Source of the DNA: Nitrospirales bacterium
Lineage (GTDB): Bacteria; Nitrospirota; Nitrospiria; Nitrospirales; UBA8639
Direction of reading: 5' to 3'
Assembly: GCA_965203295.1 (NCBI GenBank)
Contig: CBDBCZ010000018.1
Location: 1,952,001 to 2,016,000 of the forward strand
DNA: 64,000 nucleotides
Positions 44,926 through 54,282 of this stretch are shown here, in pieces; position 1 is the first letter of the stretch; every line of letters begins with the position of its first letter. A program made the translations under genes and the position numbers. The notes under the pieces were generated by a model. It saw only the letters and a program-made list of their open reading frames with translations, made no database searches and was not told where the DNA came from.

Positions 44926-45056
44926 TCTTCCTCTTTATTTGCAAGCTTGTTGAGATTAACAGCTTCAAAGCCCGCAGCAGGGTCAAACTTTACAACTTCT
45001 GAGTACATTGGATCTGTAGTGGTGTTCTGGATCTGAACTTCAAGAAGAATATCATC
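44926..45056 (-). pseudogene. TRAPPC13: TRAPPC13-like central exon with a mutated splice donor
   Basis: Acceptor cacgcag|, then DDILLEVQIQNTTTDPMYSEVVKFDPAAGFEAVNLNKLANKEE, compared with remembered human [27 protein letters not shown]...LN. It ends at |ataagt, consistent with a GT>AT change. Confidence 0.75.
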
Positions 45057-45184
45057 CTGCGTGGTTTATTATGCAGTTCATCATTCACAAGCCATCAACT
45101 ACGTACTATTACGTTGATGTTCTCACCCACCCATTCCACACCAATGCACAACTCCCTGGGTCAAGCTGGGATATTGGGGGTATC

Positions 45185-45333
45185 GTCAAATATGCTGGGA
45201 AGGAGTCAATAGTTCCACCTGTACAATGTGAAACACAGCTACTGTACACACTGCCTAGTCAAATATGCTGGGAAGGAGTTAATAGTTCCACCTGCACAAT
45301 GTGAAGACACAGCTACTGTACACACTGCCTAGT
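45185..45333 (+). repeat. Tandem duplication, 2 x ~73 bp
   Basis: GTCAAATATGCTGGGAAGGAGT... occurs at 45185 and 45258. Confidence 0.9.
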
Positions 45334-45494
45334 TCAAGATAAGTGCTGCAGTTAGCAGTAACAATAGCAGCAATTAGCGATAGACATTTGTGACTTTCCT
45401 GATAAGGAATATAAACGGAGCTGATCTGCTTGGCTGAGTCAGCATCTCCTATGCCTATGCATTACATGCATAACTTGTCCTAATATCGCTAGGG

Positions 45495-45745
45495 TCAAAA
45501 TAGCTTTCCGACCACATTCAATAGTGTAATGCCTCTGGAATTACCTGGGTCCTCAGCATCACCTTTCTATAAAAGCTAATAATCAACCCTTGTCTCTGAT
45601 GTTTGGAAATACTCTCCCTTATCCAAACTACCTCATATAAGACTATCAACAGATTAGCCATTCTTTTCTCCCCGTACTTTAAAAAACTCCCCAACTAGTC
45701 CATCCTTACCTCCCGTTTTATTACTTTTAAGAACACCTTTTGAGC
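45495..45745 (-). mobile_element. Decayed non-LTR retrotransposon RT fragment, copy 2 (RTE-like)
   Basis: With frameshifts it reads LKSNKTGGKDGLVGEFFKYG..MANLL..LYEVVW..ESI..RQGLIISFY.KGDAEDPGNSRGITLLNVVGKLF, matching the KGD...P.NYRGI.LL...GK.F motif. Confidence 0.85.
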
Positions 45746-45865
45746 ATTCAAACTTAAGGTTCTGTGATGCGCTAGTGAATATGTATGGTCATAAGAGGGT
45801 ATGTACATACATTTACAAAGAGAAACTGAGCTAAACAAGTCAGTTGCCACATGATTAGAGCTACA

Positions 45866-46017
45866 TGCTAAGAACGGAACAAACAAGAGCATATACCGTA
45901 CAAAGAAAGTGACAAGGGTATAGAGAAATGTCTAGTTCGCAGTTTTTGAATCAAACAGACGACTGGTCAAACGCACAATTTAATAACTCCCACACGATGT
46001 ATGTGTGCATTTTAATA
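45866..46017 (+). repeat. ~150-bp dispersed repeat, copy 2
   Basis: Matches 43228-43381 with a few substitutions and indels. Confidence 0.9.
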
Positions 46018-46096
46018 CATGAGTATGTTGTTTAGTAATTATAAACCAACAAGTCACCCATAGAGGTGGTCTTTCAAGAGTTCCAGTGTTACTCTA

Positions 46097-46315
46097 AGCT
46101 TTTGTTGGGCTACATTGGGATACACACAAGCTGCAAAGCAACAGACCTACATTTGCATAGTTCTAGTCACTTGGAAGGCACCACCACAGTGTACAAACCC
46201 CATCTACTTTGGCAGTGCCTTTCAAGCCGGGGTATACACATCCATATACCCTAGGGTACATGAGGGTTGCTGGGCAACTGTGATAGTCTGTTCTACAAAC
46301 TGTGAAACAATTAGC
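46097..46315 (+). repeat. ~215-bp dispersed repeat, copy 1 (copy 2 at 51707-51919)
   Basis: Both copies share AGCTTTTGTTGGGCTACAT...AAGCTGCAAAGCAACAGAC...CATGAGGGTTGCTGGGCAA...TGTGAAACAATTAGC. Confidence 0.9.
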
Positions 46316-46414
46316 TGGCAAACCAGTTCATATGGGAAAATTAAGCTGTAGACTACTTCTTATTACATTCAGTAGAGTTATTCTAAGGTAGCTGCATGTT
46401 CAAAATGTAATAAA

Positions 46415-46707
46415 TTGTTCCCCTTTTTTGCAAAAACTACAAAAGTGACCCATAGCACTACACAAGTCCACGTACAAAGCACCAAGCCAGAGCAACTATA
46501 TAATGCAGAAATCACCCAAACACCAGCTCATGTGGGAAATACAAACTGTAGAATACTTCCTATTACATAGAGTAGAGTCAATCCAAGGTAATTGCACGTT
46601 AGTAATTAAACAAAGTGTTTCCTTTTCCGCAAAAGCTACAGAAGTGACTCATAGTACTACACATGTTTCCATAGTAAGCACCAAACTAGAGCAAGCATAT
46701 AATGCAA
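46415..46707 (+). repeat. Diverged direct repeat (~90 bp at ~200-bp offset)
   Basis: CTACA.AAGTGAC.CATAG.ACTACACA...AAGCACCAA...AGAGCAA..ATATAATGCA occurs twice. Confidence 0.65.
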
Positions 46708-46974
46708 TCTCTGGTTTTGGTAGTTACATGCACTTGCTAGTTAATAGAAATATTATATATTATATCTATTGTTATTCGGAGCAACTGGAATCAAGATAGC
46801 CAGGATCATAAGGCAACGTTACATGTATTTTATTACGATGTATATTCTGACTTGTAGTACTATAATTACACGCATTCCTGCAATTTTTCTTTACGAGTAA
46901 TTACTAAACTTATGCAAGACAATTATGAGGAATCTGACAAACGTTTTGCAAGGTTCTTACACCAGATCTTGCAG

Positions 46975-46995
46975 TAGTCTCGATACGCGAGGCTA
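46975..46995. mobile_element. 21-bp remnant of a TAG...CTA palindromic DNA transposon with a 9-bp TSD
   Basis: TAGTCTCGATACGCGAGGCTA flanked by perfect ATCTTGCAG at 46966-46974 and 46996-47004. Confidence 0.8.
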
Positions 46996-47249
46996 ATCTT
47001 GCAGGACTTCCCTATGAGCCTAGCAAGAATTCACACAAGATTTTAATGCCTACCATCTTGCAAGATTTTTGTTGCAAGATGAGAAATCTTGCTAGGGTAG
47101 AATGCCTACTGTCATAGTTCTCATGCAGCTACAACATATAGCTCACCAGGCCTGGCAGAATTTTTCCAGCACTGTCTCTGGCATTCGACATAGGCAAATT
47201 ATGGGCGCACTCCCACTTTTCAGACATCGCAGCTGTGGTTGAAAGGTAG

Positions 47250-47470
47250 ATATAAGCGCAGTCTGGCGTAGCTAGCTCTTCGCGAGCTCCATGTAGTTCC
47301 GAGTTCTCGCAGCAGCGCTCAGCGTTACGCGCCGCGCACGAAGTCACATGTGGCGCATATGCGCTTGTAGTTAATCCCAGCATAGCTACAATAACCAATG
47401 GTTATGCATGGTTATTGCATTTATGATCTCAGCCCCGCCCACTAAGCGCATATAGAATCTGGCGCCGGTG
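47250..47470. promoter_or_regulatory. CpG-rich promoter-like segment
   Basis: Local CpG excess with an E-box GTCACATGTG (47343), an NRF1-like GCGCATATGCGC (47353), CCAAT (47395) and a GC box AGCCCCGCCC (47431). Confidence 0.5.
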
Positions 47471-47583
47471 TAAGCGCGATTTGGGGACCCCCGCGATATG
47501 GGGACCCCGTCCCAAAAACGCTAGCGATGTGAGTACCCCCACGGGCCCTATTTCGCTAGCGGTACGGGGATCCCGTACCGCTA
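47468..47583. mobile_element. Truncated GC-rich element end with GGGGACCCC subrepeats and a terminal palindrome
   Basis: Repeated GCGAT.TGGGGACCCC and CGCTAGCG motifs; TAGCGGTACGGG-GAT-CCCGTACCGCTA at 47557-47583. Confidence 0.5.
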
Positions 47584-47741
47584 TGTATGTACAATTCTCA
47601 TTCTGTTATCAGCATCTCAGCTAGAGTTGCCAAACTACAGATCACCTGTTAGTAAAGTAATTGCTCAGGTTCTCTTTTTGGCACTTGGTTGTGAAGTTGT
47701 TAAGAATAGCAAAGGCATGTCACTGATACCTGTCTTCCTCA

Positions 47742-47780
47742 TAGTCTCGCGAGCCAGCGAGGGGCTGGCTCACGAGACTA
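47742..47780. mobile_element. 39-bp TAG...CTA palindromic mini-element
   Basis: TAGTCTCGCGAGCCAG...CTGGCTCACGAGACTA; flanks TCTTCCTCA/TCTTCCTAT (7/9 match). Confidence 0.75.
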
Positions 47781-48181
47781 TCTTCCTATACTAGTACTAA
47801 TACTATGAACCAGATTCCTTAACCAGCATTAGATAGCAGTTATTGCTATGTTGATAGAAGGGCTTCCAAAGATCTAGGTTCCATGCTCTAAAGGAAAATT
47901 ATTTACAAGCATAGACAGTAGAGTACTATAACCCATCATAACCAAGCAGTCTAAACGATAAGCCAGGTAGCATTTATATATTGATCGGAGTTCTCTTTCC
48001 ACCAACCATGAATTTGGCGTCTCAAAACTTTCATTGTCAAAGGAATGCTGACTTTTTAACTGCTGTGCTGCTGTCTTCATCAGGGCAGACATCAATACAG
48101 TAGCTACAGGCCAAACCAAAAGCAAAGAATTCAAAGTCTTCGGGATTAGTCTAGCCTACTCAGCTCCTAGAAGGGAAGCCC

Positions 48182-48245
48182 TAGCCTCATACCTAGGCCT
48201 TCCCTGCACTCGCGAAAGTGCGGGGAAGGCCTGGGTACAAGGCTA
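48182..48245. mobile_element. 64-bp TAG...CTA palindromic mini-element
   Basis: TAGCCTCATACCTAGGCCTTCCCTGCACT...AGTGCGGGGAAGGCCTGGGTACAAGGCTA; flanks GGGAAGCCC/GTTATGCCC (6/9 match). Confidence 0.75.
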
Positions 48246-48355
48246 GTTATGCCCAGTATTCTTATTTATTCCCAAATAGATTTGGTATTCAGAAACAGGA
48301 GTACCTTTTCCTTCTCTTCAACTGTGAACTGGATGGTGGGATGTATACCATTGAG

Positions 48356-48453
48356 TAGTCTCGGTACCAGCCCACCTATCAAGTCGGAGATCGCTTACAG
48401 TATCCCGCCACTAAGCGATCTCCGACTTGATAGGTGGGCTGGTACCGAGACTA
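48356..48453. mobile_element. 98-bp perfect-hairpin non-autonomous DNA transposon with a 9-bp TSD (AcademH-like)
   Basis: Perfect 42-bp arms and a 14-bp loop; perfect TSD ACCATTGAG at 48347-48355 and 48454-48462. Confidence 0.9.
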
Positions 48454-49430
48454 ACCATTGAGATGGTAGTAAATGTTTTGTAGCATTATAGCACACTGAA
48501 TAATAAAAGTTTGAAAGAAATCATTTAAAAATGAAAGAGCATGTAGGGATGGAATCGCAAAAAAGTAACCAAACAAGGTAGCAATGACACAACAGAGCAT
48601 GATTCTACACCCCCATCCCTAACCCTGCATGAATGCAATTAGTGCCTGGCATGCCCGTATTTTACTTCTGAACTCTTGTGTCCAAGTGACAGGTAACAAC
48701 ATACATAGAAAGCATTCACATACAGCATTCAACTACAGCAATAAAAGAACATAGGTAAAACAATATCACTTATCAGATGATAAAGGCACATGTATCTGAC
48801 ATGTTCATTTCACTTCCAACCTACACAGAAATAATCAAATGTGTTACTATATATACACAATATGTTATAGCTAAACCATCCCCTAGACACTTTTACCAGT
48901 AATCAGGAGACTGTTCCAGGTAAACCAGCAATACATGAGACACTTTTAGTAATGGTCCCAAGGCTCATGGCATGAGTTACAAGAATGTTCTAAGTTACAA
49001 TGAATGTACATATTGCTACACTAGACGAAGTTAAGTGTTTCAGCAAATTACAAATTCTGTCCATAGTGGCTATCTTGCCATAATACATGTCTGTACTATT
49101 TTCCGACCATAAGCAACACTTAATTCTACTCATGTGACCTTCAACAGATCAGAAGTCTCAAAATCGATCATATGAGTGTGCATTAAATTGCTTAATTCAC
49201 ACATACGTAGTAGCTAATGTAGTATGGTTTGTACACTCTCCCAGAAGCTTCTGAAATAGTTTTCCACAAAAAAAGAAACTAAATATAGCTGTCCTGGGCA
49301 AAGTCCACGACAACTATAACTTAGTACCAGCTGGGGTGCACTTCATGTTTATCTGGGTGGTAAAAACTACAAATAGTGCTCCCAGAATAGATCGGTTTAA
49401 TATTATATACACAAACATAGCACAACCTAC

Positions 49431-49908
49431 CAACTAGCATAAGTCTTTCAGACTCAAGTAGTTCCGGGGAATCTTTCAGCCTGCATGTACATGTAGATGA
49501 ACGGCACTGACTTTATTTTATGCACGTCTAGCATAGCAGTTACAGCTGTGCACGGTTTACACTTACAGTATCGTGCAATCATGGTTTATTAGTGGACGTC
49601 ACATCCGTTACACACGCACAGGCGCACACAGAACCAAATGTAAAGTATAGATGCATACCTCATTCTGGAGCTACTGTGCTACACTGACCGTATTCTCTGT
49701 AGCCATCTATAGTTTGCTTCTTATATGACATAATTTAGACACACTTCCAAGTTAAAATTCCCACTATCAGATTGTGTACATGTTGTCATTAAATAAGTTA
49801 CCTTCGCAGAAGTGAAATGCTGTTTTCATTTACTGCTTCTCCATCAGATAACACAGATGACGTGATTGTAATGTCAGAGGCAGAAGAATGAATGGCTGTG
49901 CACGACTC
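49431..49908 (-). pseudogene. Three phase-compatible exons of an unidentified gene, with one in-frame stop
   Basis: Exons 49802-49908, 49659-49706 and 49431-49480 have AG/GT borders and splice to ESCTAIHSSASDITITSSVLSDGEAVNENSISLLRRWLQRIRSV*HSSSRMRLKDSPELLESERLMLV. Confidence 0.45.
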
Positions 49909-50518
49909 CTACAGTGGGAATCAATAGTTGTACACTGCACTACTATGTATTCCAGCAACCCCAGCAAGCTTCCTCTGTAATTACTACTACATGGTGATCT
50001 TTATCAAGGCAGTTACTACAAAAGCACTATTGTGTATCAACTGCCTGATGTACAGGCACCCCAAAATCAGAGCAACAATCTAGGATAAAAAGGTGTAATT
50101 TCTTACCCTAATATGCAATGTTTGCAGGAAGAACTTAAGACTAGAAAAAACTAAGCACACGATATGTAATTCTAGATAACATGCAGATTAAGCTAAAAAC
50201 ATTATATTATACCTACCATATGAGGTGCACTGATAGTTGCATGATAACCTAATGAAAAAAAACATAAGCATTATGAACAAAGCATTATTGAAGCATCATA
50301 GACTATTGTTGTTAACAAGCTGAATATTCTGATCAGGCTCTTCCCCTGTTACATGAAGGCTGGCCAGTAACAAACTGCACAGTTGCCAGGCAGTTAAGGT
50401 ACCAAGAACACTCAACTCTGCAACACCGTGGTGAAATACTACCCTTTCACTTGGCAACTCTACATTCCTGTGAACTCATTAATTCAGCGCTGTTTCATCG
50501 TTACAGTGCACCCGAGGC

Positions 50519-50996
50519 TACAGGAAAGCACCTGCACCTAGCTGTTACAATGTATTCATTTATATGCACAGGTGCTTTCACCAATATTTTTCATAGGCTC
50601 CTGCTTCAAATGGGAGAATCAAAGTCGTAACTCTATCTACTGAGTTAGAGATACAATTATTTCGCTGGTATCTAGTCTTGTTGCCATGCAGTCACCGTTG
50701 TGTAGCTTTTAATACATGCATGTGTAGTGTACTTTCATCTGTTCATGCAACAAGATACAGGAAAGCACCTGCACCTAGCTGTTACAATGTATTCATTTAT
50801 ATGCACAGGTGCTTTCACCAATATTTTTCATAGGCTCCTGCTTCAAATGGGAGAATCAAAGTCGTAACTCTATCTACTGAGTTAGAGATACAATTATTTC
50901 GCTGGTATCTAGTCTTGTTGCCATGCAGTCACCGTTGTGTAGCTTTTAATACATGCATGTGTAGTGTACTTTCATCTGTTCATGCAACAAGATACA
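50519..50996 (+). repeat. Apparently identical tandem duplication, 2 x 237 bp
   Basis: TACAGGAAAGCACCTGCACC... occurs at 50519 and 50756; TACA lies at all three boundaries (50519, 50756, 50993). Confidence 0.95.
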
Positions 50997-51110
50997 TGTA
51001 GATATCTGCAGTCACATTTTATGTTAAACATCCAAGGCTTTGTTTAGCAACCGGTCACTTAATACATCTGTAGAACACATCAGCGTTGCAAGACTGTTTC
51101 ATCCTATATA

Positions 51111-51568
51111 CCGTATAGCCGGAAAATTTGGTGAGGACTTTAATTTGGCGGTTTGGCGAATCGTAAAAAATCACTAAATTAAATTCTCGCCAAATTAAAT
51201 TCTAACGCATTATGTAATACATAACACCCACGCGCGCATGCAGCTACAAGAAAGAAGGTTCCCACTCCACGTACATGTTTCCCCTCGTCCGGGAAGGATA
51301 TCAAACTCGCTAACAAAGCTGTAAAGCGCTCTCTATCTGGAAACTCGAAGCATGTCACAGTCATCTCGAGGCAAGTATAACACTAGTCTTACACGCCAGA
51401 AGGGCACAAATTGGAAAGTATGCCGCTGACAACAGAGCGACAAAGGCCGCTACACTCTTTTCGAAGCTTTTGGATAGTAAGATCAGTGAGCCCAATGCCT
51501 CCATTCTCGATTTCAGTGACAAAAACTTTACATTTTCAGCAGCGTTGCCAAATTTTCCGGCTATAAGG
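51111..51568. mobile_element. 458-bp MITE, Tc1/mariner-type (TA TSD)
   Basis: TIRs CCGTATAGCCGGAAAATTTGG / CCAAATTTTCCGGCTATAAGG (20/21 match), with TA on both sides (51109-51110 and 51569-51570). Confidence 0.9.
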
Positions 51569-51706
51569 TAAGTAACTAAAACATATAACTGCACAAACTC
51601 ACAGCGGATTTCTAGCAAAACCTAATTACCAGAACTGCTACATACATTGTACCTATCATTCTCTTTGAGTCTACACAACACAAATTTAAGCATGCAAACC
51701 TCCGGT

Positions 51707-51919
51707 AGCTTTTGTTGGGCTACATGCAGGATATACACACAAGCTGCAAAGCAACAGACTACATTTGCATAGTTATAGTCACTTGAAAGGCATCACCACA
51801 GTGTACAAACCCCATGTACTTGGGCTGGTGCATTTCAAGCCAGGGTCCATATATACACTACCCTAGGGTGCATGAGGGTTGCTGGGCAATTGTGATCTCA
51901 AAACTGTGAAACAATTAGC
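51707..51919 (+). repeat. ~215-bp dispersed repeat, copy 2
   Basis: Diverged match to 46097-46315. Confidence 0.9.
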
Positions 51920-51960
51920 AGGTACTATAAAAGCTACTATGGCACAAAGTCATCTCTACC

Positions 51961-52079
51961 TTGGGTCTCTAAGGTGTATAGGATTTGTACCCTCATGCAG
52001 TTGTGAGTCTTCTCTGGGCCTTCCCCCTAAAAAGACACAACTGCCCTTGGGTACAAATCCCCTACACCTAGAAACCCAA
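51961..52079. mobile_element. Hairpin MITE remnant
   Basis: Imperfect ~45-bp arms: TTGGGTCTCTAAGGTGTATAGGATTTGTACCC..GCAGTTGTG / CACAACTGC..GGGTACAAATCCCCTACACCTAGAAACCCAA. Confidence 0.75.
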
Positions 52080-52733
52080 ATGCAAAACTGCAGACATACA
52101 GATAGGCACAGAGACCACCTGGCAGATCATCTATTCCCAGTCTGTGTAGTTTGGAAAAACCTTTCATATTACGGAACTGTAATGGTGAGAACTAACCTAT
52201 TGATTGAGGAGAATCGTAGTATGGACTATGGGGACAGTAGTTCTTGCGATCTACAGCCTTCATACTTGCTTCTACTCTGGGACTTTGAATGATGTGTTGT
52301 TCTAGCCGGTACAGAAAAACATGTTCGAATGTAATATACATGTTCTGAAAGTATTGCTTACACATGTTAATTAGCTTTATACACAATGGGCCACTTTTGA
52401 AGTCATATATTGGCGGCTCATGAACCATTTTCACCCCATCAGAATCCTCTTAGCACAGAATCCTTGGGCACTAGCTGCCTTTGTACATAGAGTACAACGC
52501 ATGTACATGTATACCCACCACTTGTAATGCATATGAACATTTCTCAATTCTTAAAGAAAACTGTTATAAAATAATCATACAACAACACATTTTTAAGTGA
52601 ATCCTATAGAGTGCTACTACTGTAACTATGAGAATGTATGTGGACTCCAAAGTTGGGTTCTCCACAGGAAGCTGATGACTGAGCAAAAGTTACCTCAGGA
52701 TATACTGATCCAGAACTGATTCTACTGTAGTGC

Positions 52734-52787
52734 TAGTCTCATTCCCAGGCCTCCACACAGCTTTTGTCGCTTGCAGTAACGAGGCTA
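52734..52787. mobile_element. Internally deleted TAG...CTA mini-element with a 9-bp TSD
   Basis: TAGTCTCATT...AACGAGGCTA; flanks CTGTAGTGC/CTGCAGTGC (8/9 match). Confidence 0.8.
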
Positions 52788-54187
52788 CTGCAGTGCAACT
52801 AATACTAATGTGCCTATTACATGTACATATTGATAACCAACTGCTACACAAGCTTTGGTCCCCCATCCCGGACCAAATCCATCAGGAGCAGTATAAAACA
52901 AATCGGTACCGCCAAAAAAGAAATAGTCCCTCTTGATTAGCATTAGGGAGCCATTCCTTTCAGCTGTGTGTACAAGAAATGGTGCCAAATGTATCACTGC
53001 AATCACCTCTATCCACAAGCAGGAAGTCCTTGAAATTAGGATAACATACCTTTCTGTTTTTCTCAACTTTGTATGTAGTGCAGCTCTAGCTATCTTTTAG
53101 AACTTTTTGGACAATGCGCTGCAGCCCTCTTGATAGAAATTTGTAAACTACATATACTTGCCCTACCAGCTCACATTCATTTGTTGCTGTCTTTCCCATT
53201 CCATTTCAGCAAATTTCACTCGTAGCGAGGCTTGGTTGCATAGTGCCATTGGCTTATAAGGGAAATCATGACAGGAACAGAGTGATCATCCTACTAGGAA
53301 GGGGGACCGAATTACGCATTTCTAGACCACTACCTCAAAGCCTCATCTACTATCTCAGTAATCTTCAGTACCTCTACACAGTTTCACTTCCCACTCAGTG
53401 CCTAGTAGTAATCTAGGATACACTTCTCATCCTCTTGACTCTATATACACAACAACCGCTTAAGTTTGCACCTATTCCTCCTGCCTTTCAAAAATTCTAC
53501 CCCTATAACTTCCTTTATTGTTTCATTGTATATTTAATTTAATTTTTAGAAGAGCAGCCAAGTATCTTTTAGCTGCTCCTACGTAGCTGAATAGATTCTA
53601 AAGAAGCTGCCTCCATATTACAAGCTCACACTTCACTACCATCCTCTAAAGTGGGGCAAAGTACCAAAATTAAGGTAGGAAGAGCCTCACCTGGAATCCA
53701 CAATTCAAATGGACGGCTTTGTTGATAACATGAAAGTCTACCTCGAATTGACAAAAATTTTACATCTAACCACACCCCCTGCTAAATAATCCACAAAAAC
53801 GCAATTTCGGGTTGCTTTAAAATACGAGAAATTTTGGAATCTGCTAGAGCCCCACCCACAGTCTGGCAACAACACCAGTACCTACAGAGGACAGGCTACA
53901 AACGTAGGGATGCTTTTTCACAGGAATGCTTCAAAGCCAGTTTTACAGCCCTGAACGCATCCAACCACCCCAAAACCCTCATTTTCGCTATCCTGACTTT
54001 CAAAAAAAAATCGGCAACCGCCCACGCTCACCCGACGAATTCGAGCCCTGCATTACAAACTTCAACCTACTCCCACAAAAATTAGGAATGCGATTTTTCA
54101 TTCACCCCTCGGTTTCTGAGAACCACCCACCAAAGCTCTCCCTATAAATCTCCACAGATTTTCACACAACTAGCTATTCGAGCTAAT

Positions 54188-54282
54188 TTAAAAAAAATGG
54201 GCGGGGCCTACAGACCCGAAAGGTGACTATTCTAGCCTACCTGAGATGGGCAACAACCTGCCACTATCCGTCTGTCTGTCTG
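54188..54282 (+). mobile_element. Possible Helentron/DINE-1 (HINE)-like 5' module directly preceding the satellite
   Basis: Small GAAA hairpin ACCCGAAAGGT (54214-54224), a ~45-bp core, then CCGTCTGTCTGTCTG abutting the first satellite base. Confidence 0.4.

Noticed and set aside
46905..47099. MITE with repeated CTTGCAAG motifs ending in GCTAGGGTA
   Set aside because: No matching left terminus or TSD could be identified.
47147..47230. Death-domain-like peptide in an alternative frame (LCRMPETVLEKFCQA)
   Set aside because: Too short, has an upstream in-frame stop, and no continuing exon was found.
53320..53590. Degenerate LINE 3' end
   Set aside because: Compositional impression only; no convincing protein motif.
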